64,000 nt of DNA from the human T2T-CHM13v2.0 reference genome, Homo sapiens. Of this stretch, positions 28,568-42,892 are shown piece by piece. Every line of letters begins with the position of its first letter. Positions within the stretch are counted from its first letter, which is position 1. Below the pieces are notes generated by a model. The model ran no database searches and had not been told where the DNA came from. It worked only from the letters and a program-made list of their open reading frames with translations. The position numbers and the translations under genes are program-made. The stretch lies in the NCBI RefSeq assembly GCF_009914755.1, contig NC_060942.1. One strand, given 5' to 3'.

Positions 28568-28940
28568 TGTGGGCTGAATTTTGTTTCACGCAAAATGTAT
28601 ATGTTGAAGTCCTAACCCCTGGTACCTCAGAATGTGATAGTACTTGTAGGTAGTACCTTTAAAGAGGTAACTGAGGCAGAGGTGAGCCCTAATCCAATAT
28701 GACTGGTGTCCTTGTAAGAAGAGGAAATTTGAACACAGGCAGAGACAGAGGGAAAACCATATAAAGATATAGGAAGAAAATGGCCCAGTACAAGCTGAAG
28801 AGAGAGGCCTCAGAAAAAAATCAACCCTGCTGGCACGCTGATCTTGGACTTCCAGCCTCCAGAACAGGGAGAAAATAATTATCTTTCTTTAAGCCACCCA
28901 GTCTGTGGTACTTTGTTATAACAGCCCTGGCAAACTTTGT
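28568..28940 (+). mobile_element. MLT1B-like solo LTR
   Basis: tgtgggctgaatt...atgttgaagtcctaacccctggtacctcagaatgtga...ttgttataacagccctggcaaac. Confidence 0.83.
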
Positions 28941-30034
28941 ATATATATTTTTTAATTTTATTAATATTTGCTCTCATTCACTATTACTAATAATTCAGTT
29001 GCTCTACAGTTTTGGGCTTAATTGCTGGTTATTTTTCAAATTTCTTGAGATAGATATTTCAATAACTAATTTGTAACTTTTCACTTTAATATATTCTATA
29101 AAGCTCCACATTTTTCTTTGAGCATGGATTAAGACCTTAATAGCAACAATATTATTCCCAAATCCCAGATGCTACTACAATAAATATTAAATCTGAGGGG
29201 GGATCTAGGGGAGGAAGAAATGCCCTAAATTTCCCATCTGCTGTAATGGAAACATCAAAATAGTATCTTATAGCTCTGGAAAATAAAGCAATATATCATT
29301 TATACCTCAAAGTTCACTGGATGAAGATAATTAAAATATAAAAAAGGAAACAGGAACCACATATAATAAAACAAGATAATATAAGACACTAGCTTTAATA
29401 ACAAATCTGAATAAATTATTTTTATTTAAACATAGTTTTTCTTAGATTGAGTTAAAATAATCTAATTTCATATCATTCAGTGGTTTCAAATTACACAGTC
29501 GTACTCAAGGAGAAACAGAAAATCCAAAAAGCCCTATAATCATTTAAAAAAATAATATGTTATTATGCAACTTCCAATACATAAACTTTAGTTCCAAATA
29601 GTTGTTAAGTTATATCAGACACTTAAATAAGAAATAATACTAATGCTATGCAAAACTATTCAGAAAAAACAGAGGAGGAAATATCATTTCACAACTCATT
29701 TTATGAGGTCACTATAACCCAGATACTTGAAACCAGACCAAGTTTATACAAGTAAAGGAAATTTCAGACAAATATCTTTCATGAATCTAAGCCTAAAATT
29801 ACTTTTAAAATATTAAGAAATTGAATCCAATATTATACAAAAAAGATAATACACCCTGACCAATGTTGGCATAGCCCAATAATGCAAAGAATCCCAGAAA
29901 TCCATCAAAATATTTCCTTATGTTAATCCATGAAGGGTGAAAAATTATGTGATTATTATAATTCATCTGTAAAAAGCATTTGATAAAATTCAAAATTCAT
30001 TTATGAAATCAACTCTCAAAAACCTAGGAATAGA

Positions 30035-30355
<321 letters not shown>

Positions 30356-31077
30356 CTAACAGACTGAAGAACATCATTGGAAAGCCCTCAGTAAACATCA
30401 TTCTTGAGAGTAAAGTACTCAATGTTTTTCTCCTAAGGTTGGGAAAAAGGCAAAGATATCTTTCTCATTACTTCTAATCAAACTTTTTACTGAAAGTCTT
30501 TATGTAATATGACAAGAAAATAAACTAAAATTATAAAAAATGATAAAGAAGTATAATCTAGATTGTGTACTCGGAAAACCCTAAAATTCTACCAGAAAGT
30601 AACTATAGCTAACAAGTGAATTCAATGATGTTGCAGGATAACAAGTTGGTATTCAAATTTTTAAATATATACTTCTATTTCATATAATGCAATTAATATT
30701 ATAAAATTAAATATTAAAATACCTTTTATAAACCCATGAAAAACCATCACATACTGAGGGATAAACTAGCAAAGGATACACCAAGCCCCCACACTGGAAA
30801 CTAAATGTTTCTGAGAGAAGTTTTAAAAGATCTAGGTAAATGAAATGATAAACCACTTTTATGATTGGAACACTCAATATCATTAAGATATCAGTCTTCA
30901 GAGATTGATCTGTAAATCCAACATAATCCCAGTAAACCAGACATGTTTCTTTCTAGAACTTGACAAGTCAATTTTAGATGAATTTAGAAGGCAAAAGACC
31001 AACACGAGCCAAATAATCTTGAAAAGGAAAAGCCAAGTTGAAACCGGTGTCTTTCCTAATTATAGCACTTATTATAA

Positions 31078-31423
<346 letters not shown>

Positions 31424-33536
31424 CAAGGACAATACTCCTTTTCATAAGCTTATTAGCCATTTTAATGAGAATAGTAAAACATCTGAAAATAAGTTATTCT
31501 AGAATGACTGGATATCTGTGTGAAATGATGAACCTGAACCCCTATGCACACCACAGTTAAACATCAATTTAAGATGGATGCAACTTAGAGATATATAAAG
31601 ATTTCTTATATAAAACGCTGGAAACACAAACTATAAAAAGAAATGTTGAACTTCATCAAAACTCAAACTATTGCTCATCAAGAAAGTGCCATCAAAAAAT
31701 TAAAAATAAAAAGGGAAGTGACAGATGGAATCAAGTCATGATGTGCGGGTATCAGTCCACAAGAACCTTGTAGAGAATAAGCAAAACTAACCTAAGAGTG
31801 TTAGAAATCAGATCAGTGGTGGTTCTGAGGGCCTGGACAACTGAAAAGTGGTGTAAGATAACTCTCTGTGGGGACAGAAGCATTACATGTCTTGCTGTGC
31901 CTTTGTCAAAACTAACAGAACATTATACGTAAGATATGAACATTCCATTATATTTCACAATATAGTTCACTCTTTCAAGAATGAAGGACTTATTACAAAA
32001 GTTAAAGAAAATTGTTTTCTAAATAATGTAAACAAAACCAATGAAAATCTGAGATGAAGTATTTGTCATAAACATCTAAAGAAAAGTTTCCAATATACAG
32101 AATTCTCACAATCAGGAAAACAAACAGTAGATGTAATTTTTGATAAATCTGGCAAAAGACACTTATAATGACTCGCTCTATATGTATTTTGAATATTTAT
32201 TGGTAAGGGATTTCTGGAAAGCAATTTGGCAATGTGTGATTCTTATAAGAGTTTATAGTATTTGCTCCAGTGATTCAGATTTTAGTACTCAATGTAAGTT
32301 TATAATCAAAGATATTAAAAATTATCTAAAATTTATATAGAAGAATATAGTACAGTAAACTCTATGAACCAATATAAAAGGACTGAATTATTCAGCAAAT
32401 TGAGCTAAAAATTGGTTATTTTATTGCATCTTAATTTACATTAGATTAAAATTGGCTTACTTTTAATATTCGTTAAACAGATAATTTAAATAAATTATAG
32501 CACAGCTATATAGTGTAATATTATGCATTTCTTAAAAATTGTAGCACCTTAAAATATTTAATAGTGTCTGAAAATGCTTGTAAGTGGAATATACAGGTTA
32601 AATACTTTCAGTATAATAATTGTGTGTGAATATTTTTGTATATTATGATACAGTATAACAGAAATCTCTAAGGTTTAACAGTTAAATTTTTAATTTTTAA
32701 AAATAATTTTCCATATTTGCTGCCATGAACATGCTTTACTTGGAAATGCAGATAAAATCCATGCAATAGTCAATTTTTGTAAAGCAAAAAAGAAATTTCT
32801 GGGGAATTTTAAAAAGATACTGTGGAATTTTTTTTTTTTAAGTACTGCTGATTGTTCAAGAAATGTAAGCATTCCAATTCACAGTGATCTTCGACACTGA
32901 GCAGATGGCACCTAGCAACTAAATCTATTGCTATTTACACATAATAATAAAATAAATTTTGATGAGTTTTAGTTCTGTGGTGGAGATGGAGTCACAATTT
33001 CTGAAGAGTTCTACAAATTTTGACAAGCATAAATCATGTTTTGTTTATTCGTGGTTTAATTGTATTATACAGATCTAAGGATGGGTCTAAATGTGTAAAC
33101 ATCCACTTTTTCAGTGTGGTTTCAGCTTCTAAAGCTGCTAGAATTGAAGAGTGACCACTGCAATAATCGTCTATTATAGAAATTTTGGAGATAAGATTAT
33201 AAAGAACAGAATGATCTTGAAATGTCTCATCTTCTGTGTAATATCTGGCTCTATTTAGTTCCTTTAGCATTTCAAGTAACTATTAAGAAAAAAACAAAGC
33301 AGACTGTTTAAACAATGGGATGAATCTAGATTCCAAATTCATATGAAACTCAATAATAAATCCCAAGCATTAGTCCAGTTTTTCTAATACCAGATTCTTG
33401 AGGACTTACTCATCAACACTTAATATTAGACTAATGTCTCTGGTCTTTTGCCTAAATACCATTTAGTAGTTTTGGATTCTTACTAAAATTTCATGTTTTA
33501 ATTGGTATGTAAAAAGTGTTAAAGAATATAGAATTG

Positions 33537-33825
33537 GGCTGGGCATGGTGGCTCACACCTGTAATCCCAGCACTTTGGGAGGCCGAGACAGGAAGATCAT
33601 CTGAGGCCAGGAGTTCAAGACCAGCCTGTCCAACATGGAGAAACTCACCCTGTCTCTACTAAAAATTCAAACATTAGCTGGGCATAGTGACAGGTGACTG
33701 TAATCCCAGCTACTCTGGAGTCTGAGGGAGGAGAATCACTGCCTCAGGAGGCGGAGGTTGCAGTGAGCCAAGATCGTACCATTGCACTCCAGCCCGGGCG
33801 ACAAGAGCGAAACTCTGTCTCAAAA

Positions 33826-33864
<39 letters not shown>

Positions 33865-33867
33865 AAA
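33537..33867 (+). mobile_element. Alu (AluS) with (TAAA)n tail
   Basis: TSD aatatagaattg on both flanks; (AAAT)n at 33824-33865. Confidence 0.93.
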
Positions 33868-36411
33868 TATAGAATTGGACTTTCTTGTTGTCTCTGTATT
33901 GTGGCCACAGAGCTGTGGATAGTGGGTGAAAAGAACCAAGAAGTGTTAAGAGAGACATAAAGATAATTCATTGAAAGTCTTTTATAGGAGAAGGGCAGAA
34001 AGGAGAGAATATTCACCCCTCTCAAGCCCCATGAAAGAGGAAGGGCAAGAGAACTACTTGTAGAATTTGGGTTGTTTGTCAGGAGGACAGACTGGCTTCT
34101 CACCTCACCCATGCTGGTAGAACTGTAGAATCAAGTAGTGCTACCCAAGCTGGTACCTGGGCAGTGTTCAAGAGAGTTTGGGGAAGAACCTGAGTTTGGG
34201 GAAGTAGTGGTTTCAGTTTTCACCATGGTGAACCTGAGGTTAGGATGCAAGATGGGTCTGAGGCTGTTTGTGATAGCCAAACAAGGAGAATGGATCAGCA
34301 ACTGGACAAGATACACTGCCACATTCAGTGGGACAAGTGCACACTTTATAGTTAGCTGAGCTTGATTCATCTTGAAAACACCCACACCAGGACAACTCTT
34401 GCCTGTGAGAAGGAGCTCCAGCTGAAAGATGATAAAGGTGGAATGCAGAAAATAGAAGCTAAGGGTAATAGGCTCCATGTCTAATCAAGGCACCTCCCCT
34501 TCAGGGAGCAGGGGAGATATCTGAGGTGTTGGGATGGTTTTTCTGAGGTGTTGGGATGGTTCTTAGGAACATACCATATGCCTCAAAGAGAGCGGTAGCA
34601 TTTGAATACATCTTGTCATTAAGAATTCAAAAGTAAAGAAGAATTTTCAATAGTAACTATTTAGAAGGAATTTACCCCCTTTTCTTTTCATTATTCTTAC
34701 CCTGGAAAAGTCAAAAGCAAAAGAAAGTGGGGCGGTGGGGAGTCACCGTGGAAAGACGGTGATGGAACAAGCAGGAAAGAGCATATTCTATCTTTCTCAT
34801 TCTCATTGCTGGACTCTCAGTAATGGACTTGACCTGAAAGAAGAGGAGAAACTTCCATTTATTTGAGACTTTAAAATTATCAATTACACCAGTCATCTCA
34901 TCTGAGACATAAAGTTGACAATATCCTTATGGGCAATAGTGAATTAAACACTAATCTCTGCCTGAGATACCGCCAGGGGCAAGAAGTGGAAATTTCATAG
35001 TTGTGTGAGAGCAGGGTTGGAAGAAAAACCATTTTCCTAAATTACATCCTACTAAATCTGGGTCTTTTAATGAATTAGCTACAGTAACAGATTTAACCTA
35101 AACAATGTCTTCCATAAATACTGGGGTTTTTATCACGTGATATTTTGAAACAAATTTGAAGCCTCCTGCCATCAGAGAATCTCAGTTAAATCTTTAAAGT
35201 TATTTTGACCAGTTGATTGTATATAGAAGTGAGTCTTAACTTTATGGAATCACTCGTTAATAAAAACAATGAAGTGAAATTCTCCTATTTAGAGTTGACA
35301 TTTGCCATTTATGCTCAGATAGGCCCAGGCCATCCAAGTTTTGCCTGTGACTCTAGTTATGTACATTTATGGGAAAAACAATAGATGGATATAAACTACA
35401 GCAGAATGAAAAAATATGTAAACAAATTATCCAATACTTACAGCTATTTTAAATCATTATATAACCAGTTTACAGCTACTGTATACATTTATGTAAGTAT
35501 TAATTTTATTTATGTTAACTTAATAATGCCTAGATATTTTAATTAATAAATTTTAACAAATATTTAAGCCTCATGAGGGATAAAGGTTCAATTTTACACA
35601 AGGAATTGTTTACAGCCTAAATCATTATGTCACCAATGATCTAAATCAAGAATGCCTTTCCTTTTGTACAGTTTCTTCTTTTGAGCCATTTTTGGCTTTT
35701 AAGAGGAAGACAAGCTAAAAGTATAAGGAGTTCACATGTACTTACTTAGCTGAAGATATTGTTAGATTTAACTCCTATCTGTGGAAAACCTAATGAGTTA
35801 ATATTTATACATCTCTTGGTTTCTGAATATTTAGGTATAATACTTTGTTCCATGTTCCATTGTTTTCTTTTGACCCAACCTTCAAACCCATGACTTCTGA
35901 AGCAGAGGAAGAAATAGAATACAGTGGAAAAAAGTCTTCTTTGAAGAAAAAAAAAAAAAAAAAAAAGAATCTATTGGCTTCCAGTAGACATTTTTCAAAT
36001 TTCTTCTAACTAACATACAAAAATGCATTTTATGTGTATGCAGTCACAATGCACTGAATGTTCACCATGTGCTAGATGCACACTTATTTAATACATAAAT
36101 TCCAAAAGCCTCTTTTTATATATATATTTCTACTTAGTATAAGGGAAATTTAGCTGAACAGACGTCTGTTTTCCTGTACGGTTCTCCATTAAACATAGTT
36201 TTCCATCTGTATTCTTACAAAAGGGAAATTATCAAGGGGTTGTTTGAAGGACTTCTCACCCGTTTGTTTTCTGTGTGTTACTTCTTGTCAGAAATCCCCA
36301 TCTCTGATCCTTTGCTTCTCCAGGCAACTGCGAGATCCACTTACCTCCACCTGCCAGTCTCAGACTCACAGCTATACTTGGATTTGTTCCTGCATAAAAT
36401 AGATCTATTTA

Positions 36412-36794
<383 letters not shown>

Positions 36795-37802
36795 TCAGTC
36801 CCCTCTCGTTCCACCTGGAGCCTTGCTGCCCCTTTTCCCTGAGTACAGTCACCCTGTCTTGCCAGACCTTGATCTATTCAATTCGTCTAAGCCTTGTTTT
36901 GTAGCCCTGTCTAGACTCTCGTAGTTGCAGCCTTACCCCTGTATCTCAGGCCTTCCCTGGGCATGGTCTATTCCTTTGGACCTCATCATTCAGCCCTAGT
37001 GAAAAAGATGCCCTTGTAAACATAATTGCAGATTCAATACTAGCATCTTTGTTGGATGCAATATTTATATTATAATAAAATTATACACTTTATTATAGTA
37101 TAATTATATATTTATAATATTTAATAAATATTCCACCCTTGGTTTTTGTTTCAACCATTTAAAATAAAATTATATTTTCTCACATATTAGCTAATATGGG
37201 ACTCTAAATTTTACCAACATACAAATTCACAGGCAATGTGTTTGGGACTTTTTAACTCTGTAGTTTTAAATCTTATATGAATGAATACATTTTGATTTGG
37301 TATTTGTTTCTACATAACCTTTTCAAAAATTTGTTTTTCCATACGTTCAGCAGCCTTCACAGATTAGCAGAATATTTATGTTTTAGGATATTATTATCAT
37401 TATTTAAACAATTAGTTTCCTTTTCAGTACTTTTGGGTATTTGGGAATGGGTTTAGTTTTCTTTAATAATGTTTTCTTGTTGTTGTCAATCATCTGATAA
37501 GGAAAATAGTTGGAATACACATATCTTGATAAATTGTAAACCATCTTCCATGTATCTTTCTTTCTATGCTCCTGTCTCTTGTTTTGTTCCAATTAGCCTA
37601 AGAACTCTTTCTTACAAAATCAGACATGAATCAGTTGAGATGGGATTAATTTATTTGGGCAGATATTAGATAACACTTTTGAAAAAAGCAAGTGTTCTTT
37701 TGTTCTGCTGGTACATGGCATCATTTTCCAAAGTCATTCCTCATGATTTCTCTAATACTGCTACTTCCCTGGCAATATTTTAAAGTGAGTTTCACAAATC
37801 AA

Positions 37803-37992
37803 CAGTTCTCAAAGTGTGGTCCGCAGAGAAGCAGTGTCAACATCTCTTAGGAATAAACAGAAAATGTAAATTATCTGGCTCCAGCCCAGCCCTATTGTAC
37901 CAGAAATGATAAGATTGGAGGGGGCCCAGCATTCTGTGTTTCAACAAAGCCTCCAGGTAATTTTAGCACACTGAAGTCTGAAAAACCAGTGG
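37803..37992. mobile_element. MER5A hAT DNA transposon
   Basis: cagttctcaaagtgtggtcc...gggggcccagcattctgtgtttcaacaaagcctccaggtaatt...gtctgaaaaaccagtg. Confidence 0.8.
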
Positions 37993-40900
37993 TATAGGAA
38001 ATAAAAACCGAACATGGGTTCTTAAATTTAAAAAGCAGCATAATTAGAGAGTGATTTAAAACGCCTGCTTGATAGAATTGTTTCACAAAGATAAACATTT
38101 TTTAAAAATCATTTTAATGGAGCCAATTTTAACCACTCCATTTTGAAATGGTCTTTCTAGCAAAGCCTTAACAAATTTTTCAGTAAAACAAAGTGTATTA
38201 TGCTACTAAGAGAATACACTGATACAGTCACTGAAAAGGCAGAAAGCTTCCTTCGTCATTATAACGGAATTCGGTTAAGTATAGTTAGGTAACATAATGT
38301 GCTGCCTTCATCTTTTTGTGCCTAGTTTTCTGCTGGATTAAATTTGTTCACTTTTTAATTGAATCTGAAATTCTTAGAAATTAGCTGTTAGGAGAGAATA
38401 GATTTTGAATATTTGAAAATTTAAAATATAAATATAATCTTAGCATAATGTCTTTCTAAAGTTGCAAGAAATAGCATCCAAAGGAAGACTGGAGAGTTCT
38501 AAACCACAACAAGAAGGGTTGACTTGAGTTGCTGGGTAAAAAAGTATGTGAGGACAGGGAAAACAGAAGACAGGCAAGAGGGTAGAGGCACCACGGGTAA
38601 ATTTCACCTGCTGGTATTGACTAGAGATGGCCCTGGAAAAACTCCCTTAGGGCAAGTTGTCCAGTTGCTTTTTTTTAAATGGGCCTTGATGATATACGTA
38701 GCGATAGAGACAGAGACGGAGACAGAGATAGAGATACATAGAGCCCTATATCATGTGAATCTTATTAAATTTACTTACTTGATTTTTTTCAGCTTTCTCC
38801 AGTGTCCAGTGTGATGCTTGTACTCTCTCCTTGCTTATTTTTCCTAAGCTCTATCTGCTAACATTTGAGCACACAAACATTTCAGTGAAAATGTGATGGT
38901 CCTTCTGGGTCCACTGTTACAGGTCATGTTTCATGTACCATCCACTGGAAGGACACTCAATGTCAAGATCTTTTTTTAAACATTCTATGTTTTTAACTAT
39001 CAAACTATGGGCATGAACATCAAGGGTCAATACAGCCATAAGCAACAATAATACTGGTTAATGATGTTTACTTCAATATTTTGGAAGAAATGTTATTTAG
39101 TGGCATTTTGGCAATTATTTTTTCGGTTGCTAATTCTGACTCTGAAATTGATGGAAAGGAAAGAATGTAAAGAAATGTTTTACTTTCCGTTTCTATAACA
39201 ATATTTTCTCTATGCACAACAGGTGCCACTGACATATGATTAATTCCAAATATAGGAGCTGAAATTTATCAAAAGCTTCTTGGCCAAAGAAGAGAAGATT
39301 GATGTTCGGGCCTTGTGTATATTCCTGTGTAAACCCTTTGGGTCCAAGTTTCATTTATTGTTTTATATGAGATCATGCCCCCTTTAATTTACTACTAATC
39401 CCATTGGAGTGTGAATTATGATGGGAATGTGACTGATGTGTTTAATACTAAATGTTAATACTTCAGTTGGTTGCACATAAGAATTTTAAGCTATTGGGAA
39501 TATGTATATATTTGGGCTTTTCACTGCAGATAATTAATGAGGCAATGTTCTTTCTTCAGCTTTTAGCCATAGAATTGATTGCAATTTGTCGTTTCTTAGG
39601 AAATGAATGTGAAATCCATACACATATTAGTTTCATGGGTCAATAATCTAAAAGACTGAATTATTAGATAAGCTATTGTCCAAAATATCAAGACACATGA
39701 GTATAAATATTGTTTTTATGGCTAGTAAATGTTAAGCTATCATGGTTATGTTAATTTGTAATTCAAATATTTTTTTTGGCATCAGAGAATCCTTACTAAG
39801 TAAAATATCTGCCAGAGAGAAGAATCTTTCTATTATACAATTTCAGCTCAGTACCAGCAAACATGTAGCATTTAAGATTATGCTGTTATGATGTATAATA
39901 GTACATTCCTAAACATATCAATCATTTTCCATCTGCAGCTGCACTATTTCATCTCTCAAACTAATTAATTCAACAGCACTGACTTTAAAGCACTATTCAC
40001 AATTAAATCCTAACCCACAGAGGTATATCTGCCAGTAATTCTTAAAGTTTTTCTTATGACTTTTTTTGTAATTCTTCAATTCTTGCATCTCATAATTCAT
40101 CATGGCATAGATGTATTTTATTCATACAGTTATCAAATATTTATTGGACACAATGTAAATCAAAGATATGGTGCTAGGAACTAGGGATACTTTATAGAGT
40201 ATGTTGTAAGGCATACCAAGTTCTTTTTACTTCCTGGAACTTGCAAACTAATCTTATTTTTCAAAAAAAAAAATCTATTTAATGCATCTAAATGGGAATC
40301 AAAGGCAGCATAACTTTGCAATAGCCTTTAAGAAACACAGACAGACAGTTACAAAGTAAGGTTTGGAATCACTGCCTAATAATATTTTCAGCCATAGGAT
40401 ATCCAGGAATGAAAAAAGTTAAGTATTTTTATTTTGCTTACCAAAGCAATGTCTTAAGTTCTGCGGAAGGCTGTAATGAATATCTGCAATTATCATATGC
40501 TAAATTTGACCATGACTACAATTTGTTTTGAGATACAAACTAAATGATTTTTCCAGTGCTTAAGTAGTTAGTGAGTCAGTCTGAGGGTGCATTAAATACT
40601 TCACATCAACAAAGGTAAAAATCAAATAAGATCTTGCCTAAGGAGAGCAAATAAGACATCCCTCGCTGGAATCGTATCTGTGATATCCACTTAGATTGTG
40701 TGAAGGAACAGACCATAAGCACAATTTGGGCAGAGACTCCCTTAACTTTTGCCCTTATTTTTCCATTGTACAATTTAACTACTTAATCCTCACCATAGAC
40801 AATACATGCAATGAAAAGTCGTTGAGTGAATGAATGAATTAATGATTCAGAACACTTTAATGAACTCCTTTTCTCATACAAATTTTGAAATATGTCATGT

Positions 40901-41040
40901 TCTACAATGTTTATCCATATCACCTAGGGAGGATGTGGTCATGTTTCCTGCAGTCTGTAGATAAACAAATTAATATCGTATGGCCGTAGACACTCACACC
41001 TCTTTTCACTTAACCTTCTCCATTCTTCGTCTCTTCACAG

Positions 41041-41230
41041 AGAGATTCAACGTGTATCTTATGCCTACGCCAAACCTGGATATTTATGGTGAATGCACAA
41101 TGCAGATCACTCATGAAAATATCTATCTCTGGGATATCCACAATGCCAAGGTCAAACTGGTGATGTGGCCTCTCAGCTCACTGAGGAGATACGGTCGGGA
41201 CTCAACGTGGTTCACGTTTGAGTCAGGAAG
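41041..41230 (+). CDS. DOK6: DOK6 internal coding exon (probably exon 5), IRS-type PTB domain
   Basis: Long pyrimidine tract and cag| ending at 41040; donor GGAAG|gtaaga at 41230/41231; 190 nt. Encodes (E)[63 protein letters not shown] and joins the previous exon in frame (G+AG = Glu). Confidence 0.96.
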
Positions 41231-42470
41231 GTAAGATCTAGTGCAGCAGCCAAGTGCAGGAGTTGTCTGTATAACAGAGTCTGTATAACAGAGTCCTGAA
41301 AGAGAGTGCTGTCCATCATTGCCCCCGGTGAGCACTGTTTTCATTCAGGGTAAAAGTTACCAAATACATAATTTCTTCAGATTCTTAATAACATGAATAC
41401 AATTCTGTTAGTTTTTTGGCAGGCTAATTACCCCATTCAAAATAATTTCAGTTTCTTACACTACCATCAAACTCAAACTGGTTTTGTAATTATTTTAATA
41501 ATGTAATATGTTTTGCAAGATTATTACAATACTATATTTTCGGTGTGCCTGTATGCAAAAGGACCTCCATAAAATTAAAGGCAGCATGTCCTTGCTTGCA
41601 TTGTTTTTGTGAGTGTTTTTTAATAAGCAAACAATCTTTTTTTAAAGTTTTAAATAAATTTAAATATTGCTTTTAGGTAAATATACTGCTTTCTTGATCA
41701 CAGCATATGGTTGGAATCCATAAGGGTCTGAAATGAATCCTTGATTCACAATCATTATTAATAAACACGGATTTAGACATAAACTACAACCAACCAAATC
41801 ATTGTCTTTATGCTATGACCCCATTGTAGTATTGTCACACATCCAAGATAAGACTTAGGTTTGGGGATTTTATATGAGGAGATGTTTAATGCTTCCGTCT
41901 TCACCCAGGGTACATGATTTATCACATTCTTAAAATGAATTCATGGCCTTATAAGGCAATTATAGTGAGGTTTTATTGCATTTGATATAATATTTTTAAG
42001 TTTATAACTTTCTTCTTAAAAACTGCTAAATATTTACTCAATGTCACATTCTAATAATATCTATCTAGCCAGCTAGGGTAGGTCCCATGTCTCTTAAAAT
42101 TTTAAGGAGGGAAAAAAAAAACAAAAAACCTGAGCTGGAGTAATTTTACCAGTCTGGGGCCCTTTTGCACTACAGTAATATTAAAGTCTCTACCACACTG
42201 ATTTCTCTGAAAAGCATTAGATCCTGTGTTTACTTAGTAGTTATGAGCTTGTTCAACTATTTCTGTCTACCTAGATATTGAGAGTGCAATAGTGTAATCA
42301 CATTCCGATAGCCATTGGGAAATACAAATTCTAATAAGAAAATGAATATTTTTAAGATATGTTTACTATTTTAAAAATTATGACTATGAAAATGAGTTGA
42401 CATGTTTTAGAGATTCACTGACCTAAAATCTATGATGCACCTTATTTTTTTACTGGCTTTAAAAAGGTAG

Positions 42471-42832
42471 TAAATTAATCCATTTTCACACGCTGATAAA
42501 GACATACCCAAGACTGGGCAATTCACCAAAGGAAGAGGTTTAATGGACTCACAGTCCCACGTGGCTAAGGAGGCCTCACAGTCATGGCAGAAGGAGAAAG
42601 ACACATCTCACATGGCAGCAGACGAGAGAAGAGAATGAAGCCAAGTGAAAGGGGTTTCCCCTTATCAAAACATCAGATCTCGTGAGACTTATTAACTACC
42701 ATCAGAACAGCATGGAAGGAACTGCCCCCATGATTCAGTTATCTCCCACTGGGTCACTCCAACAACACGTGGGAATTTTGGGAGCTACAATTCAAGATGA
42801 GATTTGGGTGGGGACAGAGTCAAACCATATCA
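42471..42832 (-). mobile_element. THE1 (THE1B-like) solo LTR
   Basis: gctgataaagacatacccaagactggg...gatttgggtggggacagagtcaaaccatatca; 5-bp TSD-like ggtag / gttag. Confidence 0.9.
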
Positions 42833-42843
42833 GTTAGTTTTAC

Positions 42844-42889
<46 letters not shown>
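42844..42889. repeat. (TA)n microsatellite
   Basis: Seen directly; one C interruption. Confidence 0.95.

Positions 42890-42892
<3 letters not shown>

Noticed and set aside
34131-34478. 115-aa minus-strand ORF (and the adjacent 122-aa ORF at 33744-34112)
   Set aside because: No family resemblance or splice support; the adjacent ORF runs into an Alu.
41005-41014. U12-type branch site (TTCACTTAAC resembles TTCCTTAAC)
   Set aside because: The intron's donor is gtaggt, not the U12 consensus GTATCCTT, and a long pyrimidine tract follows, so this is a U2 intron.
40980-41234. 84-aa ATG-initiated ORF as an alternative N-terminus
   Set aside because: The first 20 codons are the branch point and pyrimidine tract; there is no promoter evidence, and it stops at the donor's TAA.
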